A stretch of DNA of 64,000 nucleotides, from positions 170,438,001 to 170,502,000 of the forward strand of contig OZ024740.1 of assembly GCA_964016885.1 (NCBI GenBank), given 5' to 3'. This DNA is from Eledone cirrhosa. Taxonomy: Eukaryota. Below the pieces are notes generated by a model. The model saw nothing but the letters and a program-made list of their open reading frames with translations, was not told where the DNA came from and made no database searches. Below, in pieces: positions 40,320-54,310 of the stretch. The position numbers and the translations under genes are program-made. The stretch's first letter is position 1. Each line of letters opens with the position of its first letter.

Positions 40320-40993
40320 TGGACAGAAGTCTCTCAAACTTATGTACACGTGAATGGAGTTCTACTGAAGCAGGTAGAGAAGTTCAAGTATCTCGGGGCC
40401 GTGTTCATGAGTGATGGAATGCAGGAGGCTGAATTAAGTGCAAGAATTGCATAAACTGGTGCAGTAATGCGCCAGTTTCAGCATTCAGTAATCAGAAGGG
40501 GGGGGGGGGCGTAAAATCAAAACTCGCTGTTTTCCTGGTATTCCTGCCAACTCTTACCGAGGATCATGAATGTTGGGTAATGACCAAAAGAATACAATTG
40601 CAACTAAAAGTGGCAGAAATGGGATTCCTCCGAAGGGTCTTTGGAGTAACGTTACTCGATAAAGTGCATAACTCAGAGACCAGAGAGTCACTCCTGGTAG
40701 AGCCACTACTTCTCCGAATTGAGAGATCACAACTCCGATATTATGAGCTTGTGGTTAGAATGTCTAAGTAAAGAATCGCTGGACACAATTTACAGACAAA
40801 ACCAACTGGCAAGAGACCCAGAGGTAGACCCTGAGCAAGATAGTTGGATAACATCCATGAGCTTGGCTGGTTACGCTTTGGGATCCAGCTGGATCAGTTA
40901 GAGATGTTTGCTACTGACAGACTCGCTGGAAGGAGTGTTTGAGAAGGACTCTGCCCCCACGACCCTCTCAGAAATAAATGGGTGAAGAAGAAG
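40320..40993 (+). mobile_element. RTE-clade (Expander/Rex3-like) LINE 3' fragment
   Basis: QVEKFKYLG, AEMGFLRRV and VEPLLLRIERSQLR motifs; (GAA)n tail. Confidence 0.87.
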
Positions 40994-41706
40994 ATATTGT
41001 CAATTTACTTTTCAATTTACATATATCTATATACATATATATATTTGCGTATAATATCAATATGCACACTACATATGCTAGCAGAAAACCGCGGTTTTTC
41101 TGCTAGTTGTAATAATGACATACCACTACCGTTTATATATGATCGGGCACCTTGCACGAAGTAAAGATCAAAAGATCCTGAAGCAGATAGTGTATCACGA
41201 GATTGTATGCAGGAAACATCCATAGAACAACTCAAAGCAGCGGTCTAAGGAGCGTCTAACGTCCTCTTTAAGCATTCGAAATAATGATTTTACCAATGGA
41301 AAATAAAACGGTTAATCTCTACTATAGTATTGAACATTCATTGTCACGTTCACCAATACAAACTTGTGTGTGTGTGTATCTGTATTGGGGAGGGGGCTGT
41401 GTATGTGTGTGGGGGGCGTGTGTATGTATGGGGCGTGTGTATGTGTGTGGTGGCGTATGTATGTATGTGTGTGTGTGGGGGGTGTATGTGTGTGTGTGTG
41501 AATGTTTATATGTGTGTGCGTGCGTGTGCGTATATGTGTGTGTGTTTGTTACCTAGATACAATAAATAAACTAGTTCAGTTTCATTATCTAGATCTAGAA
41601 CATGCGGAATTTCAACTCGATCTTATTTCCATTTAAATATTCTACCTTTATATTATATATTTCCATTCTCTTTTCTGACTTACATTTATTCTCTCTTTAT
41701 ATATAT

Positions 41707-41742
<36 letters not shown>

Positions 41743-41759
41743 GAGAGGTATAGAGATTG

Positions 41760-41806
<47 letters not shown>

Positions 41807-42126
41807 AATACAGATATACGCATAAAGGTATTCTTACATATACGTACTTACATACATTCACACACACATATATATATTATAAATGTGAGAGGGTATGCTT
41901 GATAGTTTCTTCTCTCTCTCTCTCTATCCGCATTCTTTTCTTCTTCTTTCACTTTGTCATTAACCATTTTTTCTTCTTTCTTTTCTTTCAATCACCCACT
42001 TTTCCACCACATTTCGTTCTCTACTTTTTCCATTCACGTTTCTCTTTCGCTCTCAAATAACATCTTACTATTCTCTTTTCCTTTTTTTTTAGCCTTTCTA
42101 TAAACATTCATCATACTCGTTATAGA

Positions 42127-42300
<174 letters not shown>

Positions 42301-42859
42301 TCTCAGGTCTGCATCTTTTTATTTTCTAACTTTATGTATGCAGATTTCCATGCAGGCGATAATTTCTCCGCATTTCATTGGCTAATCTATCACTCACTTA
42401 CTCTATGTTTCTATCAATACCCCTCCTCTCTCTCATTCCCTTCCATTTTAACTCCCTCTCTATTTCTCTTACTATAAACCTCTTTCTCACCACCCTAGTC
42501 TCTATCTTTTCCTCATATTTTTTATTTTATGATTTCATTCATATATCCTTTAAATTTTATTCACTTTTCTCACAGTTCGTTTATGTTGTATTTATCTTTA
42601 TGTTTTAATTATTTTTGTTCATTTTCCGTAATTCATCTATTGGTAATATCTTTCTTTTTCTAATATCTTGATTTTTCTCTATAGGCCCTTCAGTAAGAAA
42701 GCTTTCTTCTTTTATTATTTTTTTTCTCTCTTGTTAGTTTATTCTACTGTTTTATTTTACTTTTATAAAGCTTTTCCCTTCAAAATTCTTTCACGACATT
42801 TTTTTTCTTCTATTTGTATCAATTTCTTTTCTCTCACTCTCTCTTCTTTCACCTCGCCT

Positions 42860-42982
42860 TCGCTTCTTCTTCTTCTTCTTCTTCTTCTTTCACCTCGCCT
42901 TCGCTTCTTCTTCTTCTTCTTCTTCTTCTTCTTCTTCTTCTTCTTCTTCTTCTTCTTCTTCTTCTCATATCACCAACACCAT

Positions 42983-43013
<31 letters not shown>

Positions 43014-43036
43014 GCTACTGCTACTACTACTACTAT

Positions 43037-43122
<86 letters not shown>

Positions 43123-43232
43123 CAACTGCTGCTGCTCCTGCTACTACTACTGCTACTACTTCTACAACTACTCTCATCCTCCTCTTTTTATTCATCACTT
43201 TCGTTTTTCACTTTCTTCATTCACAAATGCCA

Positions 43233-43287
<55 letters not shown>

Positions 43288-43292
43288 ACACA
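42860..43292. repeat. (CTT)n, (CTA)n and (CA)n microsatellite cluster
   Basis: Direct reading. Confidence 0.96.
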
Positions 43293-46284
43293 CCTTCTTT
43301 CTATTCCTTTCTTGACCCCTTTTCATTCTCTTTCGTTCCCCCTCCGTCCCAAACATAAATTCTTTTCACCTTCGTCTGAAGAATCTTATTCTCTTGGCTT
43401 TTCTCAATATTTCATTCCTTCCACTTTCCCTTCGCCATGCCCTTTGTTTTGTTTCCTTTTTTACTTTCCTCCACGACAACCACTTTCTAACTCCACCTTT
43501 CTTCCTCCACCTCTCTTTCTCCGTATTCCATCTCAACATCCCTGTTTCCTCTCGTTATCATTCTATCATGTGTCATCAGATTCCATTGATTATTTATTTA
43601 TTTAGTTATTTATTGCTCAGAAATTCCATTGGTGTATTGACTCACTTCGTAGTCTAGCACTGAAAATATTCTGATTTACCTATTAAAAGATATCAACAGA
43701 CGCTATTTTCAAGAAGGACGCAAGCAAATTCGAAAGTTCGGGCTGGGGTGGTGTAACAGTGTTATTACATTGAGCGCAGAAGGGTGAAAAAAGAAAAAAA
43801 AAACTTAACCCCTCTGCGAGATTTCAATTCGGAATATAATGAAATACAAGGAAATAATTCATATATGTAACTATTATTCTACACATTGCACCAATAATTG
43901 CTGACCTAAAGAACAACGCTTAAACAAGTGAGGTACGCGTTAAGTGATCGTCTAGGGGTAATGTAATGCATGCCTTACATTACCTAATGTAATAAATACA
44001 TTAGGTAATGTAAGGCATACATAAGTTTATAAAACGGATGGTCACAAAACTAGAATGTTTTTTTTTTTTAATCATAGCTCTGCTTAATCATAGCTCTGCT
44101 TGATGATGCCATGAGTCTTAAATACAACAACACCATCAAAATAATCACACAATTCAGTAAGGTGTAGTCTTTTAAATGGCCTGTCAAGCTGCTAGAACAA
44201 AAACATGAAAGTTTGTTGCAAATCATACCCTACCAACCTAGAAAAGGAGAGACACATTACAAAACACTATCATAGATAAGACTATACTAAAAAAAGAAAA
44301 CACCGGGCTAGTCAAAGCTTGAACACCTTTGATTATGTGTGGGATTATTTAGAACTCACCTACAACTAAATAAATACAGAACACAAACGGCAACAAATAT
44401 AGTCGATTAGATCAGCGATGGTCTACGCCGAATTTGTACCATGTTGCATAATGTAATTATAACTAAATTTATATTTGATGGCCCAGAAGATTTTCTGGTG
44501 GTTAACGTGGTCTAGAAAGACAGTCAGTTCTCCAGAATAAAATGTTGGTTGTCTACGCCGAAATTTTACCATGTTGCATAAAGTAAATTTATATTTGATG
44601 GTCCATAAGATTTTCTTCGTGAATTTTGAGGACCACTTGAGAAAATGCTGTGGCTTAGCGAAACTGTATTAAGTTGGGAGATTACTAAAATGGTTAAGGC
44701 GTTAGACAACATACGTTTAGCTACAGCCCTTTAGATTTTGAATACAAATGTCACCGACGTCAATTTTGCCTTTCATACTTGAGGGCTCCTTAGGCGTGGG
44801 ATACAATTGGGAGCAATTGAGCAAATTGGTTTAAGTCTGAGTAACTTATTATCTAGCGCGTTCTAACCATGACCATTCCATCCATTATTTTTATTTCCGA
44901 CATAATATACCTAGGATTTCCAGGACTACATTATCAAACATTTCTATTCGTAATACGTTTTCATTGACGTTCTGTCAATTTCCCCTCGTTTAACGACATC
45001 TATTCCTTCTCTCTTTCCTCTCTCCTCCTCTCTATTTCCCACCCATCCCTTACCCTTCTCTCTTTCCCTTTCCCTTCCTGTTTCTCGTCCCCTCTCACAC
45101 TCTTCTCTCATTCACTCTCTTACTCTCACCTTTTACTCTTATATTTTAATCCTTCTTGCCACAACAATATTTTTCATACATAAATTTCCTCTTCTCAACA
45201 TACTTTCCCTCCTCTTTCTCAATCCCTCCTACTCTTTCCCATCTCCCCATTCAATATTTGTCCCCTCTCTCCCTCTCTCCTTTCCTCTCTCTCTCTAACT
45301 ATTATTTGTGCCTAACTTACAAACACTTGTTATCTCCCTCTGAAAAACTCACCGTTAACGCTCCCTCCCCTACATCCTATTTCGTTTCATTCAATAAAGC
45401 TTTCATTATATCTTTCCCTTCCTTTCCTTTGGTCTCTTCACTCCATTTATATATTTATATTTATTTATTTTCTATTCTGGATTTTGTTTTTGTTTTCTCC
45501 ATGTATCGTTCATTAAGAAATTATTTCTGTTATCGCTCTCCTTTATTAATATTCCTTCGTCTCTCTCCCTCGCCCAACCCCCTTTCTCTCTCTTATTCTC
45601 ACACCTTCTCACTATCTTCCCCTCCTCCCACTTATACCCCTTTTCTCTTTCTGTTTTCCTCTTTATTCCCCCTCACATATCTAACCCATGTCTGTTTCTC
45701 TCCCTACTACTTTATGCACATCAACCCCTCCACTTCACCGAGTTGTCTGTTTTATTACCTACCTCTGCAAAATACACTCACTTTCTCACACACACCCCTC
45801 TCTCTCCGTTAGTGTCTTACTAACTTTATGGAAGAACACATTTTACAACCTATCATTCATGAATGACATATTAATATGGCACTCTATCGTTATCCAACAT
45901 TCCAGACAATCCATTCTCGATCCATTAAGCGAATCAAAAGCTGTGTGTACCCCATCACCCACCCACGACTAAAATACTTGAAGCCACAAGCTAACAAGGG
46001 AGCATCCACGTGGTTTCTCCCCCTGCTAGAAATAGTAGCCAAATCTTATTAAAATCACATCCTAAAATTTGATACAATGGTCACGAAAGAAATGTTTCTT
46101 ACGATAGGTCTCCACTGCTAAACAACAGTAACAACACTTTCAGCCACCTATAACGGGGTTACTTGTCCTTCTAGGAATAGCAACTAAATATGATTCAAAG
46201 TTTATATAAACATGAGTGTCTGACGCTGTAAAACTGAGACTGAAGTACTGTGACATGATCATGGTTTAAAAAATCCATAGCAAG

Positions 46285-46325
<41 letters not shown>

Positions 46326-46333
<8 letters not shown>

Positions 46334-46429
46334 AATTCATAAATTTATAAATTTAATTTATAGTAAATTGGAGTGAAAGCAACTGGTGCGTGTGTTTCTT
46401 ATTGGCAACATGACCCTCCCAAAGCATAA

Positions 46430-46471
<42 letters not shown>

Positions 46472-46770
46472 ATGCTTTGGGAGGGTCATATTGCCAATGA
46501 GAAACACACGCACCAGTGCTTTCACTCCAATTTATTATAAATTAAATTTATAAATTTAAGAATTTATAAATTTCCGGCTGGTTGGTTGGTTGGTTCCACA
46601 ACCGGGCGGTTGTTCATATATTGTCGAAGTTCTTTCGTCACACATTCTGTGACCTCTTCAGTGACTGGGGATTCTTATTGGCAACATGACCCTATCAAAG
46701 CATAACAATATCGGTTTCAACACACGTTTTCAGATAAAGAATCTTGCTAAACAAATTCAGAAAGGAAATA
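46326..46770. mobile_element. Rearranged pLTR/tail fragments of the Penelope family at 50527-52020
   Basis: Three segments (+,-,+) match 50527-50730 and 51835-52020; a degenerate HHR lies on the minus strand at about 46623-46665. Confidence 0.85.
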
Positions 46771-46791
46771 TATATATATATATATATATAT

Positions 46792-47875
46792 CTAAGGCGG
46801 GTAAAATTCCCGAGATCCATGGACGTGTTCTCTCCAGCAGTCTCTGTCCCTCATATCGCTGCCATGTCCTGCGTCTCCAACAGACCAGTGTCTGGCCTTA
46901 GGGCATCAACATACGTTAACCTTGGTCTTCCTCTTCTAGTGTGTCCATGTAGGGGCTCCCAAAGGAGCACTGAGTGCAATGTCAACTCTGGATGTCGGTG
47001 AGCATGTCCAGCTAACCTCAGTCTCCTCTGTGTCACTTTTGAGCTGACTTTTGGGATGCTCCCATACAGCTCTGAGTTTTTCATCCTCAGTGTATACTGA
47101 TTAATGTTCAGAGCCATCCTCAGCATTCTCGTGTAGCACCCATCCACCATCTGGGTGAGTTTCTCGGTCAGTGTCCAAGTCTCAGACCCATACAGCAGCA
47201 CATACTCCACTACAGCAATGAAGAGGCGGACTTTCAGGTCTCTACGAAGGTCCGACTTCCACACCGATCTCAAGCTGTGGCACGCCGCCCAGGCCTTGCT
47301 CTTCCTCTCAACCACATCATCTTCCGTATTCCCAATCTTTGCTCCCAAATACAGGAAGCCCTCAACCAATTCTAGCGGCTTCCCGCCTACATTAGTAGGC
47401 TTCTCAACATTCTCTACCAGATATTTTGTTTTAGTCTGATTCATTCTCAGCCCCACACTCATCGACACAGTCTCAACCTCCCGCATCAAATCCTCTGCCT
47501 CCTTCACTGTATTTGTCACTAAAACTATGTCGTCGGCAAATTCAGCATCCGATACCTTTTTCGCCCTAACTCTCCTGCTCTGAGCCGGTGCTACAGTAAA
47601 GCCAGAGTCCTGGTGTTTCTCCAGTGCAAGGCGCATACAATAGTCCACTACGATGATAACAAGGTAGGGCGCCAATGTATCTCCCTGGAGCACTCCAGCC
47701 AGTATCTCAAAGAACTCTGTCATCCCATCAGGTGTAATGACTTGGGCTTTGGTGTTGGTGTAGAGCAGTGATATCAGGTCCACTATCTTCTTGGGGATTC
47801 CACAAGCCTGTAAGTTCTTCATCTGGCAGTAACAGTCCACAGAATCAAAGGCCTTCCTAAAGTCAATGAAAACCA

Positions 47876-47876
<1 letters not shown>
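46792..47876 (-). mobile_element. RTE-clade LINE, 5'-truncated, with an open 341-aa RT/C-terminal frame
   Basis: FIDFRKAFDSV, GVLQGDTLAPYL, FADDIVL, FLYLG, LLYGSETW and RRGRP motifs; (TA)n on both sides. Confidence 0.93.
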
Positions 47877-47935
<59 letters not shown>

Positions 47936-47939
<4 letters not shown>

Positions 47940-48127
47940 AACGAGTAGGACCCCGACGGCTGAGCTCAAGCCGTTTCGACGGCTAATTCTGGACTAAAAT
48001 TGGCCGTCGAAACGGCTTGAGCTCAGCCGTCGGGGTCCTACTCGTTCCTATTACCCACTCTACTACCCTAAGTATTGAGTACTTTGGTGCGTTATGGTCC
48101 ACCTGGTTCCTTACCACATTTCCTTCG

Positions 48128-48129
<2 letters not shown>
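47936..48129 (+). mobile_element. TA-embedded fold-back insertion (same family as 28725)
   Basis: About 53-bp arms, a 9-nt loop and the shared tail. Confidence 0.7.
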
Positions 48130-48175
<46 letters not shown>

Positions 48176-48500
48176 TAATAAAAAATATGAATAAATAAAA
48201 ACAATGAATAAAATCAAATAATAATTATTTTTGAAGACAGCATATATATGTGAAGGTATGTATATTTCCTCTGATAGTTTGTAAAATGTTTACATAGATC
48301 TATATGATATACATACCAACACACATATATATCCTAGAAACGATCGTAAAATGATGAATTTTTTAATATAAGGAACTTGTTCTTTGTTTTTATTCATTCT
48401 CTTTTCATGATATTTGGATTACATTGAGTTCTTCATACGGATTGGACACTACCGTATATTTTGGGAGATTTATCTACATATATATATATATATATATATA

Positions 48501-48582
<82 letters not shown>

Positions 48583-48664
48583 GTGTATTTAATGGTAGCT
48601 ATGGTGCTTCCATAGACGGTCTGTCAAAATTAGCACTCAATATTCTTACAGAGCAGAGTGTGAA

Positions 48665-48953
48665 TAGCATAAAAAAAACGAAAAATCAGTGATGCATCTG
48701 GACTCAGTTTATTGCGTGTTACAATTGTTTCGCCGGCAGGTAGCTCGAGACATGATCACTGTATTGATCTGGATGATTCTTCGGCTGCAGGTTCCTTCGG
48801 ACACATGCAATACTTTCGGAGCAAATTTTCTCACTGGGGTGTTATTATCAAAAAACAGCTTCAAAAAACATCTTCCACTCTTGTCATGCCATTGACTGTT
48901 GTTTTTCTATGTCGTCATAAATTCTGGTGACTATTTATTGCTACACTGGTCAT
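48665..48953 (-). repeat. About 290-bp dispersed repeat, inverted partner of 52532-52818
   Basis: Reverse-complement match read directly. Confidence 0.9.
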
Positions 48954-50488
48954 CAGCCATTTTCCGTCCGACACACTTCAATGGAGCCATGCTGGGTTTG
49001 GTATCTCACACGTCTGTTCACACTCCCGAGTATGTACCCACATATACACACACAAATACACACACTCACATACACACACGCAGGCACACCCACATGCATG
49101 CATACACATATGTACGTACACATGTGTAGACACACATACCCCATACACATATATACACACACACTCTCCCTCTCTTACACATACCCAAGCACACCCACAC
49201 CCATATTCAGTCCACCTCATGTCTGCTGGCGCCTGCCTATACAGCCCCTCACACGCACGCGCACGTGCGCACACACGCGCAGACACACACGTACACGCAT
49301 ACAAAGACACATATCGGCGTTCGAGCACATCTGCACATATATACACAAACACTCTCAGACACATACATAGACACATACACGCATATCCTTATGGATAGGC
49401 ATCACGGACAGACACACTTCCAAAGACATAAGCACACATACACGCACAGATACAGACCTGTACACATATCTACACACAAGTACATGTACCCGCATATAAA
49501 CATATAGACAAACCCTGTCCTATGTGCATGTACGTACGCACCCCCACACATACACCCACTGACAGATACACACACCATGTATATATATATATGTGTGTAC
49601 ACAGATACACACACATACACACGCATACAGACACACATACACATATACATATATGTATACATATACATATATATATGGTGGCTGCCAACTCGTTTTCGAG
49701 TATGGCCACTACTTTATATCCATGTAGGAGAACCCTTACTGATGCGCTGAACGAGTGTGACTTTTTAGTCCAGCCAGCGACTTGAAAACTCTGGTACAAA
49801 CACTACACTTGTGACAATTATTGACACATAGTGCTGGGCCCATTGTACCATGTGATGACAAGTGCAGAGAGATCTCCAGATATAAACCAATGCCTGTGCC
49901 GTGAAGCTTTTATAGTGAGCAAAGGCACTGCACAAAGCCAGTCCCACTCTCTTAACCAAGATGATATTTACCAAAAAGAAGAACAAGTCAACATCATTGG
50001 ATACCATCAAGGTTGCAGGTGTTATATCAAAGTTTTCCTTCTCCTAGAATTCTGCCTTGACAAAGGCTAAGGGGTCATATACACACATACACATAATACT
50101 TATACGCACATATGTCTATATGTGTACACACACACACACACATAGACACACACATACGCACACACATATACCTACGCATATCCATATATACACATACACA
50201 TACATACATATATACACATACATACACATAAATACATACACACACATACACACACATATATATAACTCTACATGCATACACATACCCACATATACATATA
50301 CACATATATATACATATATATATATATATATACATATGCACACGGAGACACACATGCACACACATGCACATAAGCACATGTGGTTACACACACATGCTTA
50401 CACATATACATATATAAACAAAACCGTAAAATAAATATACAATATACAATAAGAATACAATATACAATAAAATAACAATATAGTATAC

Positions 50489-50526
<38 letters not shown>

Positions 50527-50530
<4 letters not shown>

Positions 50531-52016
50531 ATACTTTGGGAGGGTCATGTTGCCAATAAGAAACACGCACCAGTTGCTTTCACTTCAATTTAATTTATTA
50601 TATATTTATAAATTTACAAATTTATAAATTTCTGGTTGGTTGGTTGGTTCCACAACCAGATAGTTGTTTATATATATATAGTCATAGTTCTTTCGTCACA
50701 CACTCTGTGACCTCTTCAGTGACTGGGGATTTCTTTCTTCGTTTCTGTGCCTTTCCTTTCTTCTATCCTACGCCATTTTGTTTGTGTGTGGGTTGCGTGC
50801 TCAGTTTGCGCATGCGCCACATCCGGGTGTCTGTGTGTGTTTGTGTTCATTTTTCTATTTTTCTATTTATATTTTTCTATTTGTTTGTTTATTTATTTAT
50901 TTATTGTTGGTTGGTTGTTTGTTCTATGTGTGTGTGTGTTTTCATTTTGTCTTGTGTGTGTTTTCATTTTGTGTGTGTTTTCAATTGTAAGTTGTTTGTT
51001 CTATGTGTGTGTGTGTTTTCATTTTGTCCTTAATTGTAAGTTGTGATGTTGCTGTTCCACTCATATTTTCTATTTAATTTTGGTTTTAATTCTTTTATGC
51101 TTACTGCCTCTGTAATTTGCCTAAACATTGCGTCTTTCTTGTGTGTGGATTCTATTTTTATTTCTATGCTCTCTAATTTACCCCTGTGTTCTATCTTAGC
51201 ATGTTGGTAGAGCACAGATGATTCTTTACTATCTTCGAGGTCTCGCCAGTGTTCATTTATTCGTTCCCCTATACTACGAGCTGTCTCACCTATGTACACT
51301 ATATTTTTGTTTCTACATTGTCCTTCAGTACATCTTATGCTATATACTACATTTCTAGTTTTACAGTTAATATGGGGGCTTATTTTACAGGTTATACATT
51401 TCTTATCTATACATGAGGGTCTTAGGAACGGGTATGTCTTGCTAATAAGTGTTTTTACGGAGGTACCAGGTCTTTCTACTATCTTAATATTGAGATTATG
51501 TTTCTTTAGGGCCCTTCTAAATTTGTAGGCTAGTTCGCCTCTAGGGGTTGTATTGATGAACATTACACTCTGGTATTTATTGCTATCATACCATGAGTTT
51601 ATTCTATTGGCCTTGTTCTTAGTTCTTTCTATTCTATTCCAAAATTTGCTCCTATACAAGGGGCAGGTCCCATTTATGTCATTATTTACCATTTTTTCCC
51701 ATTTGGTTCTGGCTCCTTTATACACTCTGATTCTATCTCTCTGATTGTAGCCAGAGAACTGCATACGGTGGATGAAGTGTTGTATGTGTCTCTCTAGTTC
51801 TTCGGGGTTGCACATGCGGGACACATTTCTCATCACCAACCAACCAACCAGAAATTTATAAATTTGTAAATTTATAAATATATAATAAATTAAATTGAAG
51901 TGAAAGCAACTGGTGCGTGTGTTTCTTATTGGCAACATGACCCTCCCAAAGTATAACAATATCGGTTTCAACACACGATTTCAGATAAAGAATCTTGCTA
52001 AACAAATTCAGAAACG

Positions 52017-52020
<4 letters not shown>
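50527..52020 (-). mobile_element. Penelope-like element, 5'-truncated, with an inverted pLTR piece (51835-52020)
   Basis: ORF 51030-51974: RT thumb (RMQFSGY), Cys-rich linker CIDKKCITC..C, GIY-YIG VVYSIRC..YIGETARSIGERINEH..EAVSI..PKLN. The first 45 or so ORF residues derive from the inverted tail. (TA)n at both ends. Confidence 0.93.
50680..50724 (-). ncRNA. Minimal type I hammerhead ribozyme
   Basis: AGTCA-CTGAAGA-GGTCACA-GAGTG-TGTGAC-GAAA-GAAC-TA-TGACT. Confidence 0.75.
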
Positions 52021-52064
<44 letters not shown>

Positions 52065-52357
52065 GATATATGATAAAATAATATATAAAATGAATATATT
52101 ATCCATCCGTACACATTCCTGTGAGATGTATATATATATATATATAAATATACACATAGACACATATACATATACATACACATACACACACATACGCACC
52201 CACATACACACACATACTCATACACAGATATATATATATACATGTATATACATACACCCACATATGTACACACATGTAAATGCATGCACACACACACACA
52301 TATATAAACTCACGCATATACGTACACATACACACATACACCCCCTCCCCACACACG

Positions 52358-52389
<32 letters not shown>

Positions 52390-52531
52390 TACACATACAC
52401 ATACGTACGCACAGGTCTACACATAAACACACATATAAAAACAATATGATAATAAAATAAAATAAATTTACAATGTGTTAAGATACATTAAAATCTGTAT
52501 ATAACTTCACGAAGAGATATATAAAAAAAAA

Positions 52532-52814
52532 ATGACCAGTGTAGCAGTAAATAGTGACCAGAATTTATGACGACATAGAAAAACAACAGCCAATGGCATG
52601 ACAAGAGTAGAAGATGTTTTTTGAAGGTGTTTTTTTATGATAACACTCTAGTGAGAAAATTTGCTCCGAAAGAATTGCATGTGTCCGAAGGAACCTGCAG
52701 CCGTAGAATCAGCCAGATCAATACAGTGATCATGTCTCGAGATACCTGCCGGCGAAACAATTGTAACACGCAATAAACTGAGTCCAGATGCATCACTGAT
52801 TTTTCGTTTTTTTA

Positions 52815-52818
<4 letters not shown>
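52532..52818 (+). repeat. About 290-bp dispersed repeat, inverted partner of 48665-48953
   Basis: Direct match; ends in (TA)n. Confidence 0.9.
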
Positions 52819-52874
<56 letters not shown>

Positions 52875-53279
52875 TGGAAAATGTGTGAGATCCTTGGTGC
52901 TGTTAGGTATATTTGAAAAAAAGGAGAAGAATGACTTCACTTGTAGTTCTAAACAAATTGATTTAATTTTATAATATTATTATCTACCAACTCATAATAT
53001 TATTATAATATAATAAAATTAAATCAATTTGTTTAGAACTACATGTGAAGTCATTCTTTTCCTTTTTTTCAAATATATATATATATATAATTCGGAATAA
53101 CAGAGAACAAAGAACAGACAAACGAAGGAGTAAATGTTACAAATATTATTAGTTTCACGTTTGGTGACAGGGGGGTGGGGTGCGACGTTTCGGGCATTAG
53201 CCCTTCATCAGGAGAGTGGGGGGAGGAACTCTGAGAAGGAGTGGGTGGGAGTTTTAGCAAGAAAATTAGAAATAAAAAT

Positions 53280-53320
<41 letters not shown>

Positions 53321-54007
53321 TCCCCAAAAAATGTATACACATATCAACAGCATTCTAATAAATATTGCCTGTACAGGTAATCAAAGCATAAACATATGTA
53401 AATGTTTTCATATACACCTCAATTATGAAACACACTATGATCGTGCTGCTGATAATTAATTCCACCCAGTTTAGCTCCTATTATATGCAAATAAGCTTTA
53501 TCCAGCAGATGTTTTATATGCAACATCTATATGAGCTATAGCTTACTCTTGTCTCAGCACTAAAAATCCTGAAATATTAGTCAAAATCCTGGAATACTAG
53601 TGTCTGACATTCTTACTCGGCTACTGTGATAGTTGTGGCATGATCACAGATTAAAACAACTTTAGTGTGACTTTTATCTATTTATTATTCATAAATATAA
53701 TGCATATGCTTTCATATATACATTTATGATGGACATTATATTAGTTCTACTAGATATCTTCTAGCCGCTATCTGGAAAATATGGGGTTTCAATTCCTCAT
53801 AGCGGTTTTTTGGCAAATTCTTTTTCCGTCTTTTAAGCTATCTTTACAGTATTTCTGAGCTTAGCCACTTTATTTTTACTTATATAATTACATATACTAG
53901 AGCCCTTGCCATATCTTTATTTTTTCCGTTTTTTTTTTATATTTTCTTATTTTACATTCCATTCTTTCTTCTCAATCTAATTTTTTTTTTTTTGTATTAA
54001 ATTGTAT

Positions 54008-54310
54008 TTACATGTTATCATCTAATACAGGTAATTGATGATAACCTCGGTTGAGGTAGATTTTGGAGAAAATCGAGCACCCTGCTAACTGAACCGAGAA
54101 GCCGTGTATATGCAGAATGGAGTAGCAGTAGGGTGAGGTACTTTTGTTAAGACGGCCATAATCGCTGCTGAGTCGCCAAGCTCTATTGGGTTTTGGCGCT
54201 TCGTGTAGAGGTGAAGACCAGGGACGGTTTGATTGATGAACGATGCCCAAAGCTTCCATATTGTAAAATTTGACCTTCACAATAGCAAATTTGTCTGGTG
54301 GAAGACGACC
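54008..54310 (-). mobile_element. Ty3/gypsy LTR-retrotransposon RT fragment
   Basis: LGIVHQSNRPWSSPLH..WRLSSDYGRLN..IFSKIYLNRGYHQLPV. Confidence 0.88.

Noticed and set aside
44421-44616. About 130-bp-period imperfect direct repeat
   Set aside because: It is an ordinary local duplication with no further structure.
48665-52818. DNA transposon with 290-bp terminal inverted repeats
   Set aside because: There is no transposase inside and no target-site duplication visible. The hammerhead-like motif and TA end fit a retroelement tail better.
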